In this document: positions 1-11,659 of the stretch, one piece after another
How the letters are laid out: each line of letters opens with the position of its first letter
How positions within the stretch are numbered: position 1 is the stretch's first letter
Assembly (NCBI RefSeq): GCF_006345805.1
Contig: NC_042998.1
Coordinates: 155,868,001-155,932,000, forward strand
Direction of reading: 5' to 3'
Source: Octopus sinensis
Lineage: Eukaryota
DNA length: 64,000 bases
Made by a program: the position numbers and the translations under genes
The notes under the pieces: generated by a model
Databases searched by the model: none
Told to the model about the DNA's origin: nothing
What the model saw: the letters and a program-made list of their open reading frames with translations, nothing else

Positions 1-264
1 AATAAGTACCAGTTGCGTAATGAGATCATTGTAATCGACTTACCTCTTCTCCCAAAAATCAGGCCTTGTGCCTACAATACAAAGGATTATTATAGATTAT
101 ACTAGCAAACGTAAGGAGTGGCTGTGTGGTAAGAAGCCCGTCGTATATATGTATGTGTGTGTGTGTGGGAATGTCTGTAATATTTGTATTTTCTGTTTAT
201 ATACGTTCGTGTAATTTGTTTTTGCTTTTGTTTATTCATATTTTGTTCATGTGTCTACATCCAC

Positions 265-266
<2 letters not shown>

Positions 267-328
<62 letters not shown>

Positions 329-387
329 CATTATTATTATTATTACCTATGCTTGTATGTATGTATATATGTATGTATGTATGTATG

Positions 388-432
<45 letters not shown>
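267..432. repeat. Compound microsatellite (ATT)n-(TATG)n-(AAT)n
   Basis: Directly visible; explains the poly-I, poly-L and poly-Y ORFs at 126-454. Confidence 0.97.
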
Positions 433-434
<2 letters not shown>

Positions 435-496
435 TTAAAAAAATTTTTTTTTAATGTATATAGTTATTTACTTCCATTTGTTTATTTATCTGTGTA

Positions 497-790
497 TTTT
501 ATTTTATTATGTTTTCAGTTTTGTTTATATTGTAACCAGTTTATGGGGATCCTCTTCTGTAATATGTTGTGGTGTGTGCTAGTGTTCCATTCCAGTTTCC
601 TATTCAGGCTAGGTTTATCTTCTATTATGTGTGTAGCTTCCGTAATTTGTCTGATTGTTGCGTCTGTTCTATGTGTGGACAGGATTTTAACTTCTATGTT
701 GTTGATTGAGCCCCCGTGTTCCTGCTCGGCGTGTTGGTATAGAATCGATGAGCTCTTTCCTTCCTTAAGTTCTCTTCAATTCTTTCTATT
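497..790 (-). pseudogene. Penelope-like element GIY-YIG endonuclease C-terminal remnant
   Basis: My minus-strand translation: RELKEGKSSSILYQHAEQEHGGSINNIEVKILSTHRTDATIRQITEATHIIEDKPSLNRKLEWN. This matches the PLE GIY-YIG tail pattern (L..H...H, RQI.EA..I, P.LN.K.EW). There is an upstream stop, and a SINE truncates it. Confidence 0.75.
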
Positions 791-792
791 AT

Positions 793-1143
793 AGGCACAA
801 GGCCTGAAATTTTAGGGGAGAGGGGCCAGTCGATTTGATCGACCCCAGTACGACCCCGAAAAGATGAAAGGCAAAGTCGACTTCGGCGGAATTTGAACTC
901 AGAACGTAAAGACAGGCGAAATACATATTTCTTTACTACCCACAAGGGAATAAACACAGAGAGGACAAACGAATTAAGTCGATTATATCGACCCCAGTGC
1001 GTAACTAGTATTTATTTAATCGACCCCGAAAGGATGAAAGGCAAAGTCGACCTCGGCGGAATTTGAACTCAGAACGTAGCGGCAGACGAAATACCGGTAA
1101 GCATTTCGCCCGGCGTGCTAACGATTCTGCCAGCTCGCCACCT
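793..1143 (-). mobile_element. Two nested or adjacent tRNA-derived SINE copies with a Deu/Nin-like central domain
   Basis: The reverse strand starts GAAGGTGGCGAGCTGGCAGAATCGTTAGC, has a B-box-like GAGTTCAAATTCC and the motif GCCTTTCATCCTTTCGGGGTCGAT. The same family recurs at 18020-18233. Confidence 0.85.
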
Positions 1144-1720
1144 TCATATAGTCATTTAGGGATGTAAGGAAGGGGTTAGAATAATGCCGAAACTTTAACT
1201 TCTTTACACTGCTCCATAGGTCAGTCCGAACGTTCTCAAGGTCTTTCATACATAGGGGGTCACTTTCAGTATTTGAAGCCGAATTTATCCGCATGCGTTT
1301 GATGACATTTTCCGTCTTCTCTGTAAGTTGCGTCGAGTAGATTTTCCTTGAAGGTATTTGAATATTACTCGGCGAGTACGGTTGGTCAGGCGTTCGTGCA
1401 TGGCACTCAACAGATTCTGGAGCAACTGTACGAGTGAGTGGACAAACGAAAGAAGGGCACTCAACCAATTTATTGGGAGTTACATATATGGATAAAAAAC
1501 AATTTGATTCAAATTCATTGGTACTCTTGAGTTTCAAGTTTGATGCTAATCGTCAGCCATTTTGAATTTCAATGACAGAAGTTGATTGTTATTACTGTAA
1601 GGTGAGCTGCGATTGGTCGAGGAAGGTCACGCGGTATCGCGGTTTGATGTTGGTATATGGGTACCAGTTAGTTGGAAAATGCTGGATGGCGAACTGGAAA
1701 TTGACCACGCGGAGACCCCC
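1144..1720 (-). mobile_element. Penelope-like element 5' part (pseudo-LTR plus ORF N-terminus)
   Basis: ORF 1118-1537 contains PYSPSNIQIPSRKIYSTQLTEKTENVIKRMR and KKLKFRHYSNPF, typical of a PLE ORF N-terminus. A hammerhead-like motif lies at 1519-1559. Confidence 0.75.
1519..1559 (-). ncRNA. Candidate minimal type I hammerhead ribozyme
   Basis: Minus strand reads TGG-CTGACGA-TTAGCATCAAACTT-GAAA-CTC-AA-GAG-TA-CCA: intact core, 3-bp helix I, 3-bp helix III, GUA triplet, weak helix II. Confidence 0.6.
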
Positions 1721-1721
1721 A

Positions 1722-2180
1722 GAAGGATTAGAAGGAGAATTATACGGTATAACCCCCTTTCAACCTAGAAGTTTCCACCATCGTTGCTAGGGGCTTCCTG
1801 TTGTTAATTAAGAAACACTTCCCCAGAAACCATAAGTATTACAAACTCTTCAACCCCATAATGTCAAGGTGAGTTACTCCTGCTTAGACAACATCGTATC
1901 TAACATAGCACGCATTAACAAACGTAAAAATGCACCCACACCACCTCCAACCCCAACCTGCAACTTCCGAAACCCCACCATGTGTTCTCTTGAAGGATTT
2001 TGTCTCAAGGGCCGTAGTATACAGAACCATCTTTACACCATCCGATGACTTTTCTAGGCACTGTACAGGTATGACAGCTAATGACTTCAAGGGAAGATAC
2101 TCCCAGCATATGCACTCGTTCAGATTCAGGGATAGAGAGAACTCTACTTTCTTGTTTCATTTTCTCTGGAGACTCCGTGA
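1722..2180 (+). pseudogene. Penelope-like element linker plus GIY-YIG endonuclease remnant
   Basis: Translates with frameshifts to RRIIRYNPPFNLEVST..LLIKKHFPRNHKYYKLFNPHNVKVSYSC..AVVYRTIF..TGMTANDFKGRYSQHMHSF..WRLRD, the classic PLE IWFNPPF / KVSYSC / FK.RY..H..SF motifs. Confidence 0.85.
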
Positions 2181-2194
2181 TATATATATAGGCG

Positions 2195-2570
2195 CAGACG
2201 TGGCTTTGTGGTAAGTAGCTTACTTACCAACCACATGGTTCCGGGTTCAGTCCCACTGCGTGGCACCTTTGGCAAGTGTCTTCTACTATAGCCAATACCT
2301 TGTGAGTTGATTTGGTAGACAGAAACTGAACGAAGCCCGTCGTATGTGTGTGTGTGTGTGTGTGTGTGTGTATGCTTCTGTGTCTGTGTTTGTACCCCAG
2401 CATCGCTTGACAACCGATGCTGGTGTGTTTACGTCCCCGGCAACCGGGACCAATAGGATAAGTACTAGGCTTACAAAGAATAAGCCCTGGGGTCGATTTG
2501 TTCGACTAAAGGCGGTTCTCCAGTATAACTGCAGTCAAATGACTGAAACAAATAAAAGATTAAAAGAAAA
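2195..2570 (+). mobile_element. Octopus-type tRNA-derived SINE (CORE-like head, (TG)n linker, tail ending GACTGAAACAA)
   Basis: GTGGTAAG..GGTTCAGTCCCACTGCGTGGCACCTT..GCAAGTGTCTTCTACTATAGCC head. Copies of this family recur throughout the window. Confidence 0.85.
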
Positions 2571-2589
2571 GAATGTATGTATGTATATA

Positions 2590-3150
2590 GATATATATAC
2601 GACAGGCTTCACACATCCACTCACAAGGCTTTGGTCGGCCTGAGACTACAGTAGAAGACACTTGCTCAAGGTGCCACGCAGTGGGACTGAACCCGGAGCC
2701 ATGTTGTTGGGAAGTAAGCTTCTTACCACACAGCAACTCCTACGCCTTATCCTAATTCTTATGTATGTATGTATGTATGTATGTATGTATGTATGTATGT
2801 ATGAACACTAGCATGGCTGTGTGGTTAAGAAGCTCGTTTTGTAAGTACGTGGTTTCAAATTCAGTTTCACCGGGCAAATGTCTTCTATAGATACTGGCCA
2901 ACCAATTCCTTGTGAGTGAATTTGATAGACGTAAACTGTCGAAGGTCATTGTACGTGTGTGTGTATGCGTACGTATGCGTGTGTGTGTATTTGTGTTTGT
3001 CACTTACCATGGCTTGACAACCGGTGTTGTTTTGTTTACGTCCCCGTAATGTAGCGGTTCGGCCAAAAGAACTGATAGTACCAGATTTCTTCGACTAAAC
3101 CCTTCAAAGTGGTGTCACAACATACTACTGACTGAAACAAGTGAAAAATA
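2590..3150. mobile_element. Two further SINE copies (2590-2740 minus, 2810-3150 plus) around a (TATG)n tract
   Basis: Same diagnostic motifs as 2195-2570. Confidence 0.8.
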
Positions 3151-5485
3151 AAAGATATATATAAAGTACTATTCGCGCGCGCGCGCACACACACACGCAC
3201 ACACATGCACATACATACTCTTCACTCCTTTTCTCATACACACATATGCATATAAATACTAATATAAATTTCCGTAATATATATATTGAGGGTGTATGTA
3301 TGTGTTTTATATATTGAGTATGTGTAAATATGTGTTTGTGTGTATGCGCCTGCGTGTATATCGCTTGCGTAGAGAATTTACAAGCAGAGGATTTCAGTTA
3401 AGTTGAAAACTGAAATCGATAATTCTGTGGTAGTTGGTTAATGTGCAACAGGTAAAACTTAACAACATACTTCTACTCCTATTATGAACGAATCTTAGTA
3501 ACTCAATTTTATCAATATGTAATCACCGTTAGAAGATGCAAATATATGACTATCTATGGTCAGGCGTGGTAAAATAATTTTTTCTTGTTTAGTTTCTTTT
3601 GTTTCCTAGTGAGAGACAAGATGAGACAAAAATGAATGATTATCTTGATAAATTTTCATTTATATTATGGATTCTTTTATCTGATAAATTATATCTATGG
3701 TTCTTTTTCATACAGCTTCACTTTTCTTAATATTGTTATTATTTTTATTTAGCCTTGTTAGACCCGCGTCTATTTTTTCAGGGAACCCACTTTACATAAT
3801 CCTTTTTCTGAGACGGTAGGATGTAAGCTGGATGTGTGGCAGTTATTTCTAGAAGATCGAGCGATCATATTGAGGCTCTCTCGTAAGCTGTCATTTGAAG
3901 GTGTGAGTGCGACAATTTAATGTCTCTCATGCTGAAATACTGAACTTTTATGCTTCATTAAAAGAAAACAATATTTCTCCTGTGTGCTACAGTAGTTATC
4001 GCTGTAGCAACTATGCATTTACAATAGCGTTTAAATATGTAGCAGAAATAAAGTAGCAATAAAATACTTTATAACGAAAAATCATAAAAATAATAGCTGT
4101 AAATACTGAGAAGATCAAAAGTTTAAGGTTTGTTAGACAGTAGCAGTTTCATTAATACCCTTTTTTTTTCCAATGAAATTCATCTTAAAATTTTCTTTAT
4201 TACTCTGTTTCGTCGATAGTAGGTCACGGCAAGTTCTTTCAATCATTAACGAAGAATATTTTTCTATATTGATCTCCCGTATTCCCCAGATGGTACTAAT
4301 CACACGACTCTGTTCTAAATACCTATATAAACCCGTTTCCACCGAACATTTTTCACCCAAATTCATCTTTCTATTAACATTGTACGATATCGATTTCCAA
4401 TAAAATCATTAATTTGTTGTTAATATACGTTGTCTTGAGAAGAAACAGGGAAAAGAAATGTCAAATCTCTTAGAACAGGAGAATCATTATTTTGTTTTCA
4501 AATTTTTAGAATGTTTGGGTTAGAAGAATAGGCTCCCTGTTCATCGAAGTTAAGGTATCAAATTATTTTAATCGGGTATATCAATTCACACACCTAGACA
4601 CAGAAAGGGAGGGAGAGAAGAGAGAGAGGAAAATAGAGAAGATAGAAACACAACCACACACACACACACATGTAACTTAGTATATTATCTGGATCAATGG
4701 CTCTTTTTATGCTTCGAGGAAGAGGACTTATCCCGATTACGCAGACGATTATCAATAAAAAAAAATTGTTGGAAAATCAAGTGACGAACAAGATGTCCTA
4801 GGGTGTCATATTTATACCAAGCATTTATTTGGACAAATAAATTCGTGCTTAGCTCATTTACCTAGGACTCTATAAGAAAATTAATGATTTTTCATATTGA
4901 CATAAGGCTGCAAATTTTTTAGAGGAGGAGTATATCAATTGAATCGATCCTCTGTTACTTTATTCATCTCTGAGAATTGAAAGGTAAACGGGATTTGAAC
5001 TCAGAATTATTATGAGAATAGTAATGATTATCACCATACTATGACGAGGATAATGGAGGAGATGCTTGAGCGGATGGGATGTTGAACAACATACCTACAG
5101 TTAAGTAATATTTGTAGTGATCCTGTTACATATTTATATCAGCGTTCGAAACTTGATATTCTGCAGGTAACTATGGTTCACCCGTGTAGGCAAGGGGATC
5201 ACTGTATACTGAAGGAGGGTTTCTCTTGCTTGTAGTGCTGCCAAAGGAGAAGTAACTTAATCTCTCAATCTCAATTCAGATTCATCAATCATCTCGTTTT
5301 GCCTAGGATCTGAGTTTCGATTGTAATCTACAGATCATAGCTCCAGATATGCCATAAATTCATGTAGCTGAGGACCACACTTAACATTCTGATCACAGTT
5401 TAACTATATTGAATGTTCTCTATCCAGTTTCAGTAGATTCTGCTGCTGGCCACGATGGAGTAAGGTGAAACACGATAGCTTCTGC

Positions 5486-5784
5486 CAGTGGCGGACTGGC
5501 CAGGTTGCCAGCTTGCCCGATGGCAAGTGGGCTCCTGCGCCCTTAGAATCCATATATGGGGGCCCATGTTAGTATCTGAGGGGCCCATCCCCTCAAGCTT
5601 GAGAATTTTTTATTCCCTCCTGGAATAATGCATTAATTATTTCAGCTTGGCAGTGTTTGTAGACAGTTGAAAAGAATACTTTTGACAAAAAAAAAAAATA
5701 ATAATAAATAAATAAAGGATAGCATTGTAGTTGTGGGTGGGCCCCCTCCTGGCAACTAATATTTTTAGACCCAGTCCGCCACTG
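5486..5784. mobile_element. hAT-type MITE
   Basis: Perfect 14-bp TIR CAGTGGCGGACTGG / CCAGTCCGCCACTG and a perfect 8-bp TSD GCTTCTGC (5478-5485, 5785-5792). Confidence 0.92.
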
Positions 5785-6569
5785 GCTTCTGCTCTTCTGT
5801 AGCTATCGGAGTTGTAGGTCCCATTATAACGTTGGGAGCTAATGAGGCTTTAAATTCTACAACTTTTGTATGTACTTTTTTTTCTAGTGAAAGCGAAAGA
5901 GAAAATGCCTTGTCTGGAGGACATTGTGCATATAGTGATAGGTATTGTGAGAGTTATCATCCACTAAACAATAAATTGTACCCCTCATATGTCCAGTGAT
6001 CTCTCAGTTTTTTTTTTTTTTTTTCGTTGTGAAGATGGAATGTGTGACTTGAGTGCAACTCGTGAAGCTGCAAAGTGCGCTGTTTCGTACTCTTTGTAGT
6101 ACTATGCTCATTTATGAGTGTAGGAAAAGCTCCTCGAACAAAAGCCACTGGGACAAAAGCCTCATAGTTAGTGTGAAAGTGGACAAAAGCCCCACGGTTA
6201 TATTTTTCGGTTACTTTTTCGGTTTTATTTTATTTTTTTTACCTTTTACTTGTTTCAATCATTAGAATGTAGCCATGTTAAGGCACCACCTTGAAGAATT
6301 TTTAGTTGAACGTATCGACCCCAAAAATTTTTGTTTCCTTTTTACTTGTTGCAGTTATTAGACTGCGGCCATACTGGGGCACCACCTTGAAGAATTCTTA
6401 GTCGAATGTATCGACGCCAGAATTTTTTTTTAATAATTTTCAACCAGCGCATAAAATTAAGCCTAGAAGGTCTCTCCACATGCTAGAAATAACAGCCAAA
6501 TCTCTTGAAATTTTTTATAAAACCCTCGGTTATTGGTTTTTTTAATTTATTTTCTAAAAATCTTTGATA

Positions 6570-6975
6570 AATTTTGATACTTTCACCCGCACAATTTTCA
6601 CTAAGAAGAAAAAAAACTCGGATTTTTTGCATGGAATCAAGTACCCTGCCCTTCTAATATGTTGCAAACCCCTTATTTTTGTTCGGAAAAAGGGGTGGGG
6701 TGGAAAACCGGACCACTTCCCATCCCGGAATCATTGGAAATTATTTTTTTTCGTTGAATGAATTTCAGTGACCTAATATGCCACAAAACCTATTTTTGAG
6801 TCCGGGAAACGTCCGGGGTGGTGTGGGGTGGAAGCTTCATAAATCCCCCACCCCCATTTGGAAGTACACCCATACGATTTTCACTAAGAAAAAAAACTCG
6901 GAATTTTTGCATGTAATCAAGTACCTTGGCCTCCTAATATGCTGCAAATCCCTTTTTTTTATTCGGGAAAAAGTG
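6570..6975. repeat. ~100-bp direct repeat pair about 285 bp apart, likely inside a non-autonomous DNA element
   Basis: TTTTCACTAAGAA..AACTCGG..TTTTTGCATG.AATCAAGTACC..CTAATATG.TGCAAA occurs at about 6595 and about 6878. Confidence 0.7.
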
Positions 6976-7009
6976 GATTTAGTCCCACTGTATGACAACT
7001 TATATAAGT

Positions 7010-7350
7010 GTTGTCTGCTATAGTCCCGTAGCAGTCAAAGCCTAGTGAGTGGATCTGGCAGGCAGAAAATGAAAGAAGTCCATTGTATAAGGGCATATAT
7101 ATATATATATATATATATACAGACACATACACATATACATATGTATGTGTATTTCTGTCTGTGCTTGTCCACCACAACTGCTTGATTACCAGTTTTGCTT
7201 TGTTTACGTCCCTGTAACTAAGCAGTTCGGTAAAAAGAAACTGCTAGGATAAGTGTGAGGTTGAAAGAATGTGTACTGGGGTTAATTTGTTGAACTAAAC
7301 TTCAAGGCTGTGCCCCAGCATGACCATAGTCTAATGACTGAAACAAGTAA
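7010..7350 (+). mobile_element. Degenerate SINE copy
   Basis: SINE body and tail motifs (GTTTACGTCCC..GACTGAAACAAG). Confidence 0.75.
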
Positions 7351-7785
7351 ACATAACGTATGTGTATGTGTGTGTGTGTGTGTGTGCTTTACTATCTCAT
7401 TAGCTTGACGTCAGGTAGTTTTAAGCAAGTGTTACTGTCATGCAATAAGTGTTTTTTTTTTATTTTCAATCTTCCATGTAATCATGTTTGAGCATAATAA
7501 AATATTACCTTTGGAAAGAGATATAGGTTGGCAATGGGAAGGGCGTCTGGCTGTATAAAATATGTTTGGTCCATGTGAACATGCAAAGGAGGATGTTTCA
7601 TTCACACATACGCACACACACTCACAAACTCACACTCATATATATTATATGGACGGTACAATTCTGTGTATGTAAATATATTTACTTGATTGCTGACATT
7701 TACCAATCAGTTTTCCCACTGTTTTGATGGATCATTTTCTATCATTAATAGAACTGTTTGCATTTTTTTTACACAGGTATGCTAG

Positions 7786-7991
7786 TATTTTATAAATCAA
7801 TATAACATTAAGTGTGATTAATATTCTTGTTTATCCCAGATCAGCAGTGATCAAACAAACCTCTGATCAATTAATTGGGTTCCAGATGGTGATGACTAGA
7901 ACTCAATTGACCATAGGTCTGTTCGATCAGGTCTGATTGGGATAAACAAGAATATTAATCATATTTAGTTGTTTTACTGATTTATAAAATA
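7786..7991. mobile_element. Fold-back (palindromic) MITE
   Basis: Perfect 24-bp inverted repeat at 7815-7838 / 7938-7961, extending imperfectly to 7786 / 7991. Confidence 0.85.
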
Positions 7992-8075
7992 TTCATTGCT
8001 ATATCGAAGTAATATCAGAAAAGAAAAAAAAATGAAAAATAGATAATAAATTTAATGATATTATCTCTTTATTAG

Positions 8076-11000
8076 ATAAAAAATCTGATTGAAAGAAAAT
8101 CCCTGAAAATAGAGCAATTTATTCATATGACCTACAAATCAAGAAAACAAAATCAATATTGCAAATGTGGTATGCTTAACTTCAAAGGTAAGCTTCTGGA
8201 TAGCTGGAACAGTGAGATTACAAATTTTGCACACTTATGAAACATGCATGAATGTCTTATCATCTCATAAAAATGTAGATCTTGTTATAAGCCAAATGAA
8301 AACAATTGTAATAGTTTCAATGTTTGATAACATACACAGTTCTTAGATTCTTTCTTGATTTATTTATTTCTTAATTATTTTTATGACTTGAGGGCAAATT
8401 GTTAATTAATATCTAGTTAGTTGAAATAGTTTCACTTGCTATTACGACAAACCTTTTTTTGTCTTACCATCACAAAACAGTACATGATATATGTGTGTGT
8501 GTGTGTATATATCATTTGAATTGACTCTTGTCTGCGTGTGTATAGATCATGGTGTACCTAAGCATGTAGACGTGTAGGTACATACATAGATATGCAATAT
8601 GCAACTCTATGTGTGTGTGTACAGTGATGGATTCGAGAGTTTCACTTATTTATGAGTTGATTTTTAAATTTCACCATTATAATTTCACTTATAATGGTGA
8701 TACTTAAAAAAAAAAAATTTTAATTTTTAAAAAACTTGAACTTACAAATTTCCCAACAAGCAAGTGGTCATATTATTTATATCCCTCAATGAGCTTACAG
8801 TACATTTGATTCACCTGCCATCATTGAAAGATGTTGAAAACACTTCTCAAATTCTATGCAATATTTTATCAAGTCTGCTTTTAGCTATCATCTACTTAGG
8901 CTTCTAATCTTCTTTTAGTCAAACACTTACAAAGCTTAATTCAGTTCTATTAAAAAGTATGGGTAAGCAATGCATTGTAAGCTGCATTATAATTTGTGAA
9001 AAAATGTATCTATGCAGAGGGTATGCATCACTCCTCCGATGCTTTTTTTTCATTTTATATGCAAAGGTGATCACAACACTTTAATTAAAAAATATTCTTC
9101 GGCCCAGGAGAAGCCAAGTTTTCCTCTGCCAACACATCAAGGACTCTTCTATTTAATCTATATTTGAAATATGGCATTTTAGTGAACCACAGTTATTGAT
9201 TAAAATAACTTGCCTGAAAACAAAGATCAGATTTATTCTAAGTCTGTAAAGTAATTTTGTAAAATTAATTCTTAATTTCTTTAGATTACCTCCAATATTC
9301 TTTGAGAGTCATTAATAATTACTGCCAAGTATTTGTTTTCTATCTCCAATTGAGATTTTTTCCATACATCATTCAGTACATCATCCCTTAACTTATATGT
9401 TTATGCTATCGGCACATTTGGGACATTTACCTCAACTCTATGTTTTTTTAATTGTGCAAAATACTTTGAAATCTTCACACTATAACCACTCATATTTATC
9501 ATATTTGATATTTTTCTAGAATCAATATGAAGTTTCCATAATTTTCTTTTAAATTAACTGTGGGCTTGATACATATGTATTAAATACATTATGGGAATCA
9601 TTATAAGTGACACTTCTTTAATCCTTTAGCATTTAAACCAGCCATATCAGGCCCAAACATTCCTGTTTATTTTATGTTCAAACTGGCCAGATTCTGCTTC
9701 TCACATCAATGCTACAATATTTTTCTAAACATAAACAATCACATCATCAAAATCTTGAAGGTACAAGATAATGCATGATTAACTCAAAACAATGTGAAGC
9801 AAATAAATGTTACATTTGATAGATTAACCTGAACGTTAAAGGGTTAAAATAATAAATAACCTCCAGTTATATTGGTTTGGTATTTGATGCCTATCTTTCA
9901 CACCAATCCTAAAATGTCCTTTCAAAAATGAAGAGATTTTCTCTAAAAAGTAAGCAGTATAAACTCTTTCTTGCACTTGCCAAACTAGGCTTTCAGTTTG
10001 GCTTGTATTAAATTTAGGTTCTTGGTTATTTTCTTACAGTTTATAAACATTGTTATTGTCTAAATGATATGCCCTGTAGGTAAGTGAGTGATAAGAATGG
10101 TCAGATCCTGAGATATAGGTCTGATTGCTGATGGAACATTTGGCAACTAAAGTCTTTGATTGTTAAGGACATTGTAACATTGAACATTGCATGAATGCAT
10201 GTTGCAGTTATCAATGTGATTTCTAGGCTCAGGCTATAAAATAAAAATTCCAAAAGTTATACTTTCTTTTCACCAAGACTTCAAATTGTCAATGCTATAA
10301 CATTTGTATGACAACCTTGAATGGAGTCCAACTTTTGTCTTCATCTTTCAATTCCATTGCAAAGTAAATGTGATAAACTCTCTCAACCATATCTTATCTT
10401 AAACACCCCCCACACACACACTCACTCACTCACACACTCACACACACCTGGGATAATTAATGCAGCATCAAGTAGCTATTATTAAAACTGTTGCAGCAAT
10501 TATCTTTCTTTGAGATTCGAACCTAAATGTTTAAGTTCTAAAACCTGGATAGTTGACAGGCTGCATTACTATATTTGTTCATACAGACTAAAGATGGTTG
10601 TTTCTGGTAAACAGCAACACTATATTTGGTAATATTTAGTCAAATATTTCTGATATGAGTTTGTGGTAGGCATATTAGCTCAAAGGAAAAGTTTAATTTT
10701 TGTGTCCATATTGCCACCAGAACTTTCGAGAACTTTCTAAGGGAAAGCATATAAAAAGCACTTGAGATTCAACTCTTTGGGGGACATTTGGCTTATCACA
10801 GAAGCTATGTGAGGTTTCAGTCTCACTTTTTCATCCTTCAACTTCATCAGTGAAAGATTATTCCTGTTACCAATGACAATTATGTTTTTCTTGTTCTCTT
10901 ACTTCTTGATTTACACGTAACATGTACTAATGTATTAATTGTAAATATTATTAGGTAAGATGTTAAGTGCTATCAATAAAAAATAATTGAAGATAATTTC

Positions 11001-11279
11001 CCTTTAATGTAAAGTGAATTTATGATTTATATCTGAAAAGCAAAAACAATTACTTGAATGCAGTCTAGTATAATGCATCCATTTTTTATTCTTATCACAT
11101 TAATTATGTCAATATTCTTGACTGGCCAATCTATTAGAAATTGTTGCTGTTTTATTGCTTGAAATGATTTTCAATATGAGCTCTATTTGCTTTGGAGGCA
11201 AAATTTTGCATTGGCATGGTTCTTAAAGTCCCCTTTTTCTAGGTATTAAGTGTTTGGCAAAGATGTATTATATCTGAAA
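8076..11279 (+). other. Candidate small exons of an unidentified host gene (8076-8187, 10040-10079, 11243-11279)
   Basis: Near-consensus splice sites (tctctttattag / AAG|gtaagc; ttttcttacag / AG|gtaagt; ccctttttctag / AA|gtaaga). Each exon has a single open frame, and the first two join in phase. No homology recognised. Confidence 0.3.
9622..9843. mobile_element. piggyBac-like MITE
   Basis: TTAA-TCCTTTAGC ... GTTAAAGGG-TTAA termini. A partial relative occurs near 59295-59400. Confidence 0.7.
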
Positions 11280-11659
11280 GTAAGATTGTTCTTGATAATG
11301 ATTTGTATAACAGTATAAATTTGGAATATTTTATTACTGTGAATCAATATTTAAAGAAACCTATATTTAGAAGGGAAAAAGACATGGTTTTCACATGGAC
11401 ATTTTAAAAGCATCCCTAATGTTGCTAACAATATACTGCGCTTGGTTACATTGATATCAACAAGAACATAACGTAAACTGATATATTTAAATGGAATTAT
11501 TTAAAAATCTGATTAATTTTCTAATTTTCATGAAGTACTAGTTAAGAATAATGTTGGATAAAGAGACTATCATTAATTAACAAAAAATAGTAATTTAATA
11601 AATGAAAATTATTGCTGGTAAGTGTAATGAATCACTGAAAGGTGATTTTGATCTAGAAA

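Noticed and set aside
126-454. Poly-I, poly-L and poly-Y ORFs
   Set aside because: Microsatellite translations.
1021-1143. tRNA gene
   Set aside because: A/B-box-like head of a SINE that continues into SINE body; multiple copies and no complete cloverleaf.
4133-4403. Overlapping ORFs of 76-77 aa
   Set aside because: No recognisable motif or splice support; may be a decayed LINE fragment but cannot be supported.
9060-9390. Protein-like minus-strand frames (LRDDVLNDVWKK.., RVLDVLAEENLA..)
   Set aside because: Bounded by in-frame stops with poor acceptors; the resemblance to hAT transposase is too weak.
10698-10765. C2H2 zinc-finger-like CPYCHQNF..KHIK(KH)
   Set aside because: Needs a frameshift, has 11 rather than 12 residues between C and H, and no suitable splice acceptor.
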